DNA of 63,915 bases, counting the filler, from Choristocarpus tenellus KU-1152 (lineage: Eukaryota; Protista; Phaeophyceae), in assembly GCA_964200185.2 (NCBI GenBank). It is 12 parts of 12 records of this genome, joined end to end, with 100 filler letters (N's around TTAATTAATTAA, not from the genome) between each part and the next. Parts side by side here need not be neighbours in the genome. Positions count along the whole stretch, not along the records: positions 22,726 to 30,129 come from CAXNAD020006208.1; positions 30,230 to 39,242 come from CAXNAD020004084.1; 10 more parts are not named here. One strand, 5' to 3'. The notes under the pieces are model-generated. The model searched no databases, was not told the DNA's origin, and was given only the letters and a program-made list of their open reading frames with translations. The first letter of the stretch is position 1, and each line of letters opens with the position of its first letter. Of the stretch, positions 25,744 to 38,825 are shown one piece after another. The position numbers and the translations under genes are program-made.

Positions 25744-27125
25744 TAGGTTAGTATAATTTCCCCTAGAAATCAACGACTTTGCCAATTGTGTATGGACTCT
25801 TCGGGTAAACTACACGCTCTAGTCTTATTCCATACAACGAGACTTGCCCAGTTTACTCGTCAAATTAAAAGCCACTACCGCCGCAATGGTAGGATGCGAC
25901 AAAGAATAACTCGCGGAGCACAAGTGTTACTCTCACCTTTCATTGAACACAACACATCTGAGGTTAATCAACCAACTCGATCAACCTTACTCTCCAGGTT
26001 CTGTTGAAGAGGACCGGGCGGATACATTGTGCGTAAGATATGCTGGTAAGGCTCAGTGGTGTACCACAAAAGTGGTTAGAATGTGCAGGAAAGTCAGACA
26101 GAGTCAACAGCCCTTTTTTTCTTTCTTTTGAACATACAAGGTTAATGACCAATGAGTGGGGGTAGTGGCAAAGCCCTAAACAACCAGCCATGTAATTAAT
26201 TGGTCATTGGTGACATTGGCTTGAGGGCGGAGGAAGTATGGTTGTAGATGAAAACTTCGTGGGAACTTGGATGTTTTGTTTAAATGGTAGGTGACGTGGG
26301 TGTGTTACTCACGTGCATTAGATCTCGAGGTGGGCATGCACTGGACAACTTAAGCATTTAGATACAGAGACGATCAATTGAACAGGAGGTAGTATGTTGG
26401 TACTTCAAGTTGAATTGTCTCACCAGTTAGTACTGGTACTGCCACTTGAAGAACTTGAGAAGGTCTTTTCTGTGGTCTTGATTGCAGATCTCCATGTTCA
26501 TGCATGGTGTGTGGCAGTTGTTTCATTTGGTGTCAAGTATAGCACACCAATAAATATATTTCTTTTGTTTTGAAGAGTTCCCTACCAGGTTAATTTGCTG
26601 TTAACGGAATATATGTATACATATATATTTATTGGGAAGTAGAATGTAAGGCTTCAATTGATACTCCTGATTGTAGTTAGTTGAACCACCGGGTAAAAGG
26701 CTTTGACAATGCAACAGAATGACTATGGGGATGTCACAAGTCATAGAGAGGGCTTTTATACAGTAAAACAGTGCAGTTTTTTTTTTTATGTTGCTTGTGG
26801 CACACACCCATGTTACCTAGGTAGAAAAATCTTTTTACATCTTTTTTGTGAAACTGTCTTTTTTGCCCAATGCGTCCTAATAGTAATGAATTAACACTGT
26901 TGACTGGTGTCAATGGTAGTGATTGAATGGGTTCTACAAGACAATTGTCTTACAAAGAGGGCACTTCCTCTCGAAAGCTCTCTCCAGTTGAAGTCTCCAA
27001 CATAAACCAACATGGTCAGGCTATGACTAAGAACAGGAAAGAAATCGAATTGTCTACAAGTGACCTCATTCTCGTTTCTCTGTTGATAGACCATGAATCG
27101 CTTGCTTTCATGCTGTTTTCACCTG

Positions 27126-27394
27126 GAATAAAAGTATCTTAGAGGGGTAGAGCCACGTCTCTTTGGGGGTCAAAATCCAATGTTGCGATTTTGATGTAAT
27201 TTTGTCTATGGTGTTTGTTAGGAAGTGTCAATATCCATCTTCCGGACACATTTTTTCATAACGTATACATTTTACCCTAACCCTAACTCTGAAACATTTT
27301 GGAGTAGGAAAATGTCATAAAAGGAACCCATGGGAAGCCAAACCCAAAATGGACAAACAGGGCAAAATTCGTGCCCTCTAAGATACTTTCACTC
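27126..27394. mobile_element. MITE family A, TSD CTG
   Basis: TIRs present, flanked by ctg/ctg. Confidence 0.9.
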
Positions 27395-29061
27395 CTGTTA
27401 GGGTTTTGAAAAGAAAATAATGTATTCTTGCTCTCCCATACAATTGCTTTTTTATCCAAACTTGGTTGATACAGTGGTGGAACATCACATGTCACATGTC
27501 CTGATCAGCTGTGAAGCTCATTACAAAAGCCGGTGGAAGGTGGGAATTACAGAACCCCAGCCCCGCAGGGGCAAGAGACACCCACTGGTAGTGGCCAATG
27601 TCCACAACATTAGAACACCACATTGCCAACATTCTTAAAGGGGAGTGTCCATCCACCACATGGTTGTCAGTTACTGTTATTTTGTGTGGTACATCAGTCT
27701 GGAATAGTGAGGCACTACACACTGTACTATATCTCACTCTAACTTATCTGTTCTACTACAACTACTTGTAATGTGTTTCCTCCATTCCTTACTTCTTAGA
27801 CATTGGGTGTAGCACTCCCACTGCTTGTCGCTCCATCTCCTCCCTCAAATCCTCTTATGAATCAGCAGATACCAAAATTTTCTAATTTGATCTCTGTCCA
27901 GTGTTTCTTTTGGTATAGCACAGAGAGGATAGGACAGGTGCTTAATAATCTGTGTACTGCTTTCCATGAAGAATTGCACAAATATGTTCAGATTTTTTGG
28001 GGAAAGTTATAAATGGTGGATAGTCCTAACCCTATCCCCAAGCACACAAATGCCGTACAGGGTGCTATTACCCTAAAACCACTAAGCCTTGAGGCCTACA
28101 GAAGAATCATCTCTGTTCAAATGATAGTTAGCATGTGTGTATAATAACTGAAACCTTCTACATGACTGCACTGACATATATCTGGTTGATTGTGCAAGCT
28201 ATAGAAGTGTTGCCACATTGACCCCCCCCCAAAACACACTGAGTGTAACACATACAGGTATAGGTTATAGGAGATGGAGAACATCTCGATTTGATTAAAG
28301 GTAGTTGTGAAGAGGGACTTGGGCAAATTCGAGGAAGTCACAAGTGACCCTGTTGTGTGCTGTGGTGTTTGAAAACATTTTGTAATGAGCTTGCACACCT
28401 TGAACATAACAAAAAAGGTATACCCTCCTCCCTGTCAATCCGACGAATCATGTACGGGTTGTTCTTAACCAAGACAACTACTCCACCATGCAAAGTCAAC
28501 CTATTTCTATAGGCCAACTTATTGATAAGTGCGGGAGGAACATGAACTAAGTAAGAACAACATTGTGTATTGACAAACATTTGTAGATTTGGAGGTCATG
28601 AAAGCGTGCGTATGTTATCTTGAAAAAAACATGTATATAAATACTGTCTGTAATATAAACTAGCACTTCTAGTCCAGACAATGATGTGCCACTGACTCTT
28701 GCATACTACCAGCACACAAAAAAAACATGAGGAAGAACTAGTGTTAGGGCTTAACTAACCCAACCCCAATGTATTGTATAGAGGGCTAGCTGTCTTGTCA
28801 CTACTCTTGCCCCACGCATCTTACGGACAAGTAAGACTTTTCTAGAGTTAGATTCAAGAGTTAAGGTTAGAGCTCAGCAGTATTAACATTTCAATAATCA
28901 ACATGTCTCGGACCTCTTCTCATGTACACTCCTCATCTACATGTACACTCCTCATCTACATGTCGGAATGACGGCGCTCTAAAGTTGGTGGCCTGCTTTC
29001 CCCATCGAAGATCCTCCTTCCCATTTCCAACATGTACCTGCATTATAGCACGTAAACAAAG

Positions 29062-29166
29062 GGATAGAGACAGAGATAGTCATATAAAGATAGAGATAAA
29101 GATAGAGACAGAGAGTCATATAAAGATAGATATAGAGATAGAGACAGAGATAGTCATATAAAGATA
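29062..29166. repeat. GATAGA/GACAGA microsatellite-like repeat
   Basis: GATAGAGACAGAGATAGTCATATAAA repeated about 3 times. Confidence 0.8.
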
Positions 29167-29347
29167 ACAGGAAACAAAGGAGGCAGGGTTTATACATGAA
29201 ACCTACAGTAGTGGTGGTCGTTTCCATGAGGTAACTCCACAAACAACATAATACAACATGATTACAAACAAACACCTAACCCCAATCCTAAGTTGCATGC
29301 CTGCTGCAGGTCCGGACAAAGTTCCTTGCTCCCACATTTCACCATTT

Positions 29348-29840
29348 ATTGGGTTAGGGTTAGGGTTAGGGTTAGGGTAACTATTGCCCTGCAAAAAAGC
29401 ACATAGAAAGCTAAACTCTTCATTTCTGGTGGATATCTCAAAATAACCCTAACCCTAACCCGACAAAGGGCGAAGGGAACATTGATTGTATCAAAAGATG
29501 AAAGAGAGTTCTCCTTGGTGGTCTTTAGGGGATTGAAATCAAACATGAGACGTTTTGTTGATATATATATTCTTTTATATATTCTTTTATATATTCTTGA
29601 CTTATTTTGTTCTGTTTTATCGATAAGGAAATATTATTCTTACTTTGCCCGTGCCGTCAATGCTTTGAAAATCAAATACAAAAAAAAAAATTGTTTGTCC
29701 AGTTGGGCTGTTTGGAGAAAAAAACACATTTTGTCAAGAACGAATTTGACTCATTTTTATGCATGATTGAAATGAATGGAACAATCTTCCCGCCGTGGGT
29801 AATAGTCCTAACCCTAACCCTAACCCTAACCCTAACCCAA
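29348..29840. repeat. Inverted pair of interstitial telomeric tracts, (TTAGGG)n at ~29350-29378 and (CCCTAA)n at ~29807-29838
   Basis: Direct reading; an additional CCCTAA pair lies at ~29445-29461. Confidence 0.85.
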
Positions 29841-30229
29841 TTTGCACGCACAGAAAATGAACCCGAACAAAGGAGTTGATCACAAGCACGGTAGATTCAC
29901 CACCTCACATATTGCATGTTTGAAACAATTGCATGCATTAGGGCTAGGGCCAGGAGTAGGGATTCACCTGTGTCCATTTCGTGTGTTCTAAACGACGTCT
30001 GATCTCTACCAGCTCCCCTTCCGCTTCAGCCTTGACTGCAATTGACGACACCTCTGATCCCTCCCCCTCTCCCTCCCCTTCCCCCGGTCTCGTCCAAGGT
30101 CCCTTCTCCTGACTATCAGACGTCTCCTGNNNNNNNNNNNNNNNNNNNNNNNNNNNNNNNNNNNNNNNNNNNNTTAATTAATTAANNNNNNNNNNNNNNN
30201 NNNNNNNNNNNNNNNNNNNNNNNNNNNNN

Positions 30230-33000
30230 AACCTTAACCCGCCCATCACCGCCTTTTTCAACGAGAAAAGCCCTGTAGCTTGTGATATTGGGGACACGGT
30301 TGGCGCGACCGCGAAGGAGTCCCTTGAAGTTTCCCTCGTTCCGTAGGGTCTTGCAGTATACTGGAACCTCCGTGTAAGAGGCCTGCAGCTCTTCACCCAG
30401 TTGTGTTCTTGTGAATATGTTCTTCCCTTTTATACCACGTGAGAATCTGAAGGTGAAATGCAAGCAAGTTAATTTTGAGGCGGAGGCGAAAGAAACGAAA
30501 CGGAGAAGCAATGTATATATATGCAGGCACATGCTCCGATGCATGCATATGGAAGTATAGATATAAAAAGGGGTGATGTGTACATTTTTTTATTGTTTTG
30601 TTTTGAGAGTAGGTTACGAAACAGTTTTGGCAGCTGCTCTTATCGTTCAATTTTGTTGGGGGGAAATCAAAAGCCAATCAATCAATTATAGTGTATGACC
30701 ATAAACCTTCCATGGATGCAACAAGCGTGAGCTGCAAGCCTCAAGACAGTATCGGAACCTATCAAAACACTATGTGGCTATCGGACTTGCATATCTTGCC
30801 TAATTACCTGGAGAAGATCTGATCGATTTTGATGTGCATGTGCCTGACCATCTTAAAATGTATCTCGACCACACGAATGACACTCCCCGCGACCAACAGC
30901 CCCGCATACCCAAGAAAGAAATTGTTCTTGTTCTCTGAGACGCAGTTGTTGACCTGGCCAGTTTGGGGAGTTGGGAGCGAGGGAGGGATAGGTGTGAGGC
31001 CGATATGTCAGCCCATTTAGGCGCGTTTCGTGGAGGAACAGGGTATGTTTCCAGTACTGCTAGAGTGCAAGCTCTACATCACCGCCATCATACGTGCAGG
31101 TTGCAACACACAAACCAAAACTAAAGACCGTGCAGTTACTTCGTGACCAGTATTCGCGAGTATGTGTTGAGTAGGCTGTGTCAAGATGAAACTTTCTTAC
31201 CTGCCAATGCCCGTGCTGGATGATGCAACTCCCCGCGTGATCAAGGCTGTTGTGGTACTTGTCGATAAGCCTTGTGAGGGCAAGGTGGGTGTGACTGTGC
31301 AGACAAGGTTACAACCTGCGCGAACGATGATGTCCGTCGTTAGTTGGCAAATAGTACCATGCTTACTTACGCATTGTTTAATTGGAGATAAAAAGAGGGG
31401 TAACGGAATTTGTTTTTGCAATGTAGAGCAAATACAACGATCTTCATAAATCTGCCAGGAGCGTCATTCTGTTTTGGCCTCGCCGCCGTTTGCAGAAGCG
31501 GCAAAGGAGGTGAATCTACCATCATCATCATCATCATTGCGAAGCGCTTTAGACATACGAAGTACACACTTTTGCTACCAATGTCAGACCGGGCCCGGGG
31601 CCGTAGAGTAGGTGTACATGGCGTTGCAATAATAGTTATTGTGTCTTCCTTCGTAAAAGCGATGAAGAGTATCATCATCAACATTGTAGCCTCGACATAG
31701 CAAACGAAAAAAATAGTCCTTGGTACGAATCTTCACATGTTCTTTTAACCATAACATCAGACCGGTTAAAGTAATAAACATCCACCACTCGAAATACTAC
31801 TTCCATCCACTTCTTCTACGTACTGCTGGGTCACACGGTTTGGAACTAACTCCAACACAGGGTGCGGCCAACATCTCCACAACCAAGGGCAAAACCTACC
31901 TCTTTGTTTGCGGCGTAGATCACAATTGTGGACTTGTGAGGCATGAACTGCCCGTATGTATCAGCCTAGTAGTCTATCCAGGACATCACCAGGTCTCACT
32001 TCGGAGCCATGCCCTTATCTTCGTTCGTGCCGTTCCTGTTGTAGTAGCGCACGTATGTATATAAATGGATGGGAGATGTGTTAGAGGTGGATACGAGGGA
32101 CGGGAGATTGAATCCTAGAGGGATCGTATGCCAGCAGCAGATCTCTAATTCTGTAGATATTTACGCGTGGTAACTGCTGCTGCAGCGCGGGGACAGGCGG
32201 ATGAGATGATATTGTTGAAGCATAAAATAACATATCGCGTGTGTATATACGCACATAGGTAACACATAACTCCACGCTGGAGGGATCTCTAACTTTGTAT
32301 ATCAGACATCTAGGTGTGGTAACTGCAAAGTGAATTTGGTGAGTACGGTCGGATTACATTGTTCTGAGATAGGACTACTGTTCAATCACCAAGCAGGGGA
32401 AAATATACTGGATAATAATAAAACTGTGTGTACATACGTCAAACCAACCTCTCCACTCCAGTCAATGCTCTTGCGTTAGGTGTTCCTTTGCAAGCGTCGA
32501 TGCCATGATTGGATATTCCGAACGATGCCTTGAAAAATTGCGTACAGACGGGAATGCTGGCCGCGAGCATAGATCTGCCTCCAGGTCCCAACTTAATTAC
32601 AGGTACACGGTCGTCAACGAAGTGCTTGCGATCACGGCGGTTCTCACATGCCCGGATAATGTCCTGATCTTTGGCCAACGTGTGTGCAAGGAAGGACTCG
32701 CTATCTACCGCGAACTTCTTCACACAGGCTAAGCGCTTGCAGCAGTCACCCTGTCTCTTGACCGGGATGGGTTCAGCCCATCCTCGGCGAAGCTTGGTGC
32801 CAGTGGCGAAAGCATCATTGGTAGAAAGCTCCAGCGTGTCATTGTTGGTGGGCTGGTGAGGGGGTAACACAGGGGGAGAGGCAGGCGACAAAAGCAACCC
32901 CCTTGCTGTGGAAGCAACTGTCATGGTGTTTTCGGGCAACAGGCGGTCTTAAACAGTGAGAATGTCTAGGAGTGATTATATTCGAAGGCGGGCCTATTAA
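30230..33000 (-). mobile_element. Sola-like DDD transposase element, copy 2 (pseudogene with catalytic core; internal deletion of the CDxC region)
   Basis: Exons ~31315-31201 (GCNLVCTV/fs/HLALTRLIDKY...HWQ), 30953-30808 (VNNCVSENKNNFFLGY...HFKMVRHMHIKIDQIFS, a degenerate DNCxxENKN...GHTHxxIDQxFS) and 30446-30230 (RFSRGIKGKNIFTRTQL...), all AG/GT-bounded and in frame. N-terminal cysteine-rich exon at ~32750-32440. Confidence 0.8.
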
Positions 33001-36000
33001 CTTTGTTTGAGCTCCGGGCTATCCGTGGGACCACCCTGAGATCCATAATCCTGAAAATCCGTGTATTAAGTTTTTAGGAAGTTGTAAATCCGATTATATC
33101 TGTAATTACAATTAAAAAAAATACAAATCATATACTTAATTGATCTTGTACGTTTCCAATGTTCCGAAACCAACTTTGTTTGAGCTCCGGGCTATCCGTG
33201 GGCCCACCCTAAGATCCATAATCCTGAAAATCCGTGTAATACCGCTTTCGGAAGTTGCAAATCCGATTATATCCGTACTTACAATTTAAAAAATACAAAT
33301 CACATACTTAATTGATATTGTACGTTTCCAATGTTCCGAAACCACCTTTGTTTGAGCTCCGGGCTATCCGAGGGACCACCCTCAGATCCATGATCCTGAA
33401 AATCCGTGTATTACCGTTTTAGGAAGTTGTAAATCCGATTAGATCCGTACTTACAATTTTCTCAACATACAAATCACATACTTAATTGATGTGTACGTTT
33501 CCAATGTCCCGAAACCAACGTGGTTGTAGCTCTGGGCTATCCGTGGGACCACCCTCAGATCCATGATCCTGAAAATCCGTGTATTACCGCTTTCGAAAGT
33601 GGTAAATTCGATTATATCCGTACTTACATTTAAAAAAAAATACAAATCACATATTTAATTGATATTGTACGTTTCCAATGTTCCGAAACCATCTTTGTTT
33701 GAGCTCCGGGCTATCCGTTGGACCACCCTGAGATCCATAATCCTGAAAATACGTGTATTACCGCTTTCGGAAGTTGTAAATTCGATTATATCCGTACTTA
33801 CAATTTTCTCAACATACAAATCACATATTTAATTGATGTTGTACGTTTCCAATGTTCCGAAACCAACTTTGTTCGAGTTCCGGGCTATCCGTGGGACCAC
33901 CCTGAGATCCATGATCCTGAAAATACGTGTATTATCGTTTTCGGAAGTGGTAAATCCGATTATATCCGTACTTCTAAGTTAAAAAAAATACAAATCACAT
34001 ACTTAATTTATATTGTACGTTTCCAAAGTTCCGAAACCAACTTTGTTTGAGTTGCAGGCTATCCGTGGGACCACCCTGAGATCCATGATCCTGAAAATCC
34101 GTGTATTATTGTTTTCGGAAGTGGTAAATCCGATTATATCCGTACTTACAATTAAAAAAAAATCCAAATCACATTCTTAATCGATATTGTACGTTTCCAA
34201 TGTTCCGAAACCAACTTTGTTTGAGTTGCAGGCTATCCGTGGGACCACCCTGAGATCCATGATCCTGAAAATCCGTGTATTATCGTTTTCGGAAGTGGTA
34301 AATCCGATTATATCCGTACTTACAATTTTCAAACATACAAATAACATACTTAATTGATATTGTACGTTTCCAATGTTCCGAAACCAACTTTGTTATAGCT
34401 CTGGGCTATCCGTGGGACTACCCTGAGATCCATGATCCTGAAAATACGTGTATTATCGTTTTCGGAAGTTATAAATCCGATTATATCCGTACTTACAATT
34501 TTCTTAACATACAAATCACATATTTAATTTATATTGCACGTTTCCAATGTCCCTAAACCTACTTTGTTCGTGCTCTGGGCTATCCATGGGACCACCCTGA
34601 GATCCATGATCCTGAAAAGCCGTGTATTACCACTTTCGGAAGTGGTAAATCCGATTATATCCGTACTTACAATTAAACAAATACAAATCACATATTTAAT
34701 TGATATTGTACGTTTCCAATGTTCCGAAACCACCTTTGTTTGAGTTGCAGGCTATCCGTGGGACCACCCTGAGATCCATGATCCTGAAAATCCGTGTATT
34801 ATCGTTTTCGGAAGTTGTGAATTTGATTATATCCGTACTTACAATTTTCTCAACATACAAATTACATATTTAATTTATATTGCACCTTTCCAATGTTCCT
34901 AAACCTACTTTGTTTGTGCTCTGGGCTATCCATGGGATCACCCTGAGATCCATGATCTTGAAAATCCGTGTATTACTACTTTCGGAAGTGGTAAATCCGA
35001 TTATATCCGTACTTACAATTAAAAAAATACAAATCACATACTTCATTGATATTGTACGTTTCCAATGTTCCGAAACCACCTTTGTTCGAGTTGCAGGCTA
35101 TCCGTGGGACCACCCTGAGATCCATGATCCTGAAAATCCGTGTATTATCGTTTTCGGAAGTTGTAAATCCGATTATATCCGTACTTAAAATGTTCTTAAC
35201 ATACAAATCACATACTTACTTTACATTGTACGTTTCCAATTTCCCGAAACCACCTTTGTTTGAGCTCCGGGCTATCCGTGGGACCACCCTCAGATCCATG
35301 ATCCTGAAAATCCGTGTATTACCGCTTTCGAAAGTGGTAAATTCGATTATATCCGTACTTACAATTTTCTCAACATACAAATCACATATTTAATTGATAT
35401 TGTACGTTGCCAATGTTCCGAAACCATCTTTATTTGAGCTCCGGGCTATCCGTTGGACCACCCCGAGATCCATGATCCTGAAAATCCGTGTATTACCGCT
35501 TTCGGAAGTTGTAAATTCGATTATATCCGTATTTACAATAAAAAAAAATACAAATCACATCCTTAATCGATATTGTACTTTTTCAATGTTAGGAAACCAA
35601 CTTTGTTTGAGTTGCAGGCTATCCGTGGGACCACCCTGAGATCCATGATCCTGAAAATCCGTGTATTACCGTTTTCGGAAGTTGTAAATCCGATTATATC
35701 TGTACTTACAATTCTTAAACATACAAATCACATCCTTAATTGATATTGCACGTTTCCAATGTTCCGAAACCAACTTTGTTATAGCTCTGGGCTATCCGTT
35801 GGACCACCCTGAGATCCATGATCCTGAAAATACGTGTAGTATCGTTTTCGGAAGTTGTAAATCCGATTATATCCGTACTTACAATTTTCTTAACATACAA
35901 ATCACATACTTAATTGATATTGCACGTTTCCAATGTCCCTAAATCTACTTTGTTCGTGCTCTGGGCTATTCGTGGGACCACCCTGAGATCCATGATCCTG

Positions 36001-36979
36001 AAAATCCGTGTATTACCACTTTCGGAAGTGGTAAATCCGATTATATCCGTACTTCTAAGTTAAAAAAAATACAAATCACATACTAAATTGATATTGTACA
36101 TTTCCAATGTTCCGAAACCAACTTTGTTTGACCTCCAGGCTATCCGTGGGACCACCCTGAGATCCATGATCCTGAAAATCCGTGTATTATCGTTTTCGGA
36201 AGTGGTAAATCCGATTATATCCGTACTTACAATTAAAAAAAAATACAAATCACATACTTAATTGATATTGTACGTTTCCAATGTTCCGAAACCAACTTTG
36301 TTTGAGCTCCGGGCTATCCGTGGGACCACCCTCAGATCCATGATGCTGAAAATCCGTGTATTACCGCTTTCGAAAGTGGTAAATCCGATTATATCCGTAG
36401 TACTTAAAATTTTCTTAACATACAAATCACATATTTAATTGATATTGCACGTTTCCAATTTCCCGAAACCATCTTTGTTTGAGCTCCGGGCTATCCGTGG
36501 GACCACCCTGAGATCCATGATCCTGAAAATCCGTGTATTACCGCTTTTGGAAGTTGTAAATTCGATTATATCCGTACTTACATTTAAAAAAAATACAAAT
36601 CACAAACTTCATTGATATTGTACGTTTCCAATTTTCCGAAACCAACTTTGTTATAGCTCCGGGCTCTCTGTGGGACCACCCTGAGATCCATGATCCTGAA
36701 AAGCCGTGTATTATCGCTTTCGGAAGTTGTAAATCCGATTATATCCGTACTTCTAATTAAAAAAATACAAAACACAACCTTAATTGATATTGTACGTTTC
36801 CAATGTTCCGAAACCACCTTTGTTTGAGTTCCAGGTTATCCGTGGGACCACCCTGAGATCCATGATCCTGAAAATCCGTGTAGTATCGTTTTCGGAAGTG
36901 GTAAATCCGATTATATCCGTACTTCCAAATTTTAAAAATACAAATCACGTCCTTAATTGATATTGTACGTTGCCAAGGT
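33000..36979. repeat. Tandem satellite-like array, ~173-bp unit x ~23
   Basis: The anchor GGCTATCCGTGGGACCACCCTGAGATCCATGATCCTGAAAATCCGTGTATT recurs at ~33017, 33190, 33362 ... 36833. The entire unit is conserved, with no unique spacers. Confidence 0.98.
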
Positions 36980-37236
36980 GAGTGAAAGTATCTTAGAAGG
37001 TACGAGTTTTACCCTGTTTTCCCATTTGGGACTTGGCTTCCCATGGATTTTTTAATGAAATTTTCAACTCCAAAATGGTTTGGAGTAGGTAAAAAGTGCA
37101 TGTTATGAAATGGTGTGTCTGGAACAAGGATACTGACACTTCTTAAAAACACGATAGCCAAAATTACATCGAAATCAGAACTTTGGATTTTGGCTCCCAA
37201 ATGGATGCAGCCCTACCCTCTAAGATATTTTGGCTC
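36980..37236. mobile_element. MITE family A inserted in the last satellite unit
   Basis: The satellite motif CCAATGTTCCGAAACCA is split around the element (ccaaggt|...|atgttcagaaacca). Confidence 0.9.
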
Positions 37237-37321
37237 ATGTTCAGAAACCAAAGTGTCACAAAAAATCTGTCACCCTCTAATTTTTTTAAGTACATAATCT
37301 TAAATTGTTGGGTATTAGCAT

Positions 37322-37699
37322 TTTTCAAAATACTAGAGATGACAAAACGCGGTTCTTTTGGTTTATCGGATCCGATCGGATCCGATAAACCCTTGAACAC
37401 CCAAAACACGTCCGTTAGGGTTTTTACGAAATAATAATAATTTCTAATCTTTACATCAACGAATACAATTACAAACTACATCGTTTATTTATCCAATACG
37501 TTTGAAACGTACGAAACGAAAAGGTCACAAAAAACTGTGACACTCTGTCTCTTTCCAATATGAAATAGTATGCTGTTCAATATTCGTATTTTTTGTAACA
37601 CAATTGTCAAGGGAAAGACAAATCTGAGTTTTGAGGACCGAATGACCAGATGAAATAAAGCAGCACCTCCCATCCCTCACTCAGTCCTCATTTCAATTC
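37322..37699 (+). repeat. ~380-bp direct repeat, copy 1 (contains a 32-bp perfect palindrome at 37360-37391)
   Basis: Aligns end to end with 38826-39200 (e.g. AAAATACTAGAGA, CGTTAGGGTTTTTACGAAATAATAATAAT, GACCAGATGAAATAAAGCAGCACCTCCCA). Confidence 0.9.
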
Positions 37700-37768
37700 A
37701 TTCCCTTCAGTAAATACCATGCGCACCTTTTATTTATCGATCCCCGTCACACCCTCCCAACCTTCGCC

Positions 37769-38197
37769 ATGTCCAGCATTCGCTCAACAATAACCCACCC
37801 GCCCGCCGATGGTGCTGCCCACGGATCGAGAACGTGGGACAGCGATCTGAAGGGCATGTCCTCGCTCCTAGAACATCACTACCTCGGCACGTACCGGATG
37901 AAACTCGGCAACATCACATGCACGGAGATGGTGCGTCCACTGAGCAAGCGTGGCCTTGCGTGCGTCAGCAAGTCTATCCACTAGAAAGGCTGGCTGAAGC
38001 AGTTTGCTCCATCTGTTGTAATCCAGCGAGACTCTTTAGGTAATGGGGACCAGCTCACTGCCGAAACTGCGCTTGCCATTCAAGGACGTACACTGGATGG
38101 AAACCATAGAATAACGGTGCTTTGATCCCGAACGCGCTTTCATGATGCGGGGTCTACATGGAGTTCAACCAAGCAGAAGAGAGGCTAATTGCCAACG
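37769..38197 (+). pseudogene. ParB/Sulfiredoxin-like N-terminal domain pseudogene
   Basis: Reading through TAG 37982-37984 gives VRPLSKRGLACVSKSIH*KGWLKQFAPSVVI...TLDGNHRITVL (DGNHR at 38096-38110). After a frameshift it continues VYMEFNQAEERLIAN|gt. This matches the ParB pattern R..L..SI...G+..P+.V....DG.HR.....V......E..L+A. Confidence 0.6.
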
Positions 38198-38825
38198 GTG
38201 GGTGATGGAGTGTTGTCGTTGTTCCATGATCGCCTGATGACTCTTCTGATCTACCAAGTTGTTACCGAGTTTCCTTTGTTTGGTTCATCGCCAGTCAGCC
38301 AATTGTTGATCTTTTCGTTGTTGATCTTTTTTATCCCTCGTGGTCTTTCTGTTGACAGCAACATGTTGTTCGCTACTGCCTGCCCCGTGTGTCCCGCGAC
38401 CGTTTTTCACCTACCCCTTGCCCCGTTCGCCCACTGCGATGTGCTACACGTTCAACAACTTGCCCGAGAAAATAGATAAATGCAGATCGGCGTATCTGAC
38501 AGGGTGGAGGGGGGGGGGCAGATCGCAACAAACAATATCTCGAGCACGACTGAGATATTCGTACAAAGAGGTCGATCATCATATAATGTCAATACTTGTA
38601 TGCGCTCAGTGGTAGCTTCTTCTTCTACTTGGTGACGATAGCAATAATTGATAAACAATTTAATAACATGGGAAAATAACACTTCTTCTCAGTCAGCCAG
38701 CCATCCATAATGACGATGAAATGCCGCCCCGAAAAAAACTACTTCCAAGTACTATTTTTTTCTACCACCTCCACCATTGACAGTCAAACGACTCCACCGA
38801 CCGCACTAATTATTCAACTTTAGGA

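Noticed and set aside
33000-36979. CRISPR array or repeat-protein ORFs in the tandem array
   Set aside because: The whole unit is conserved with no unique spacers, no cas genes are present, the context is eukaryotic, and the ORFs are short, frame-inconsistent by-products of the repeat.
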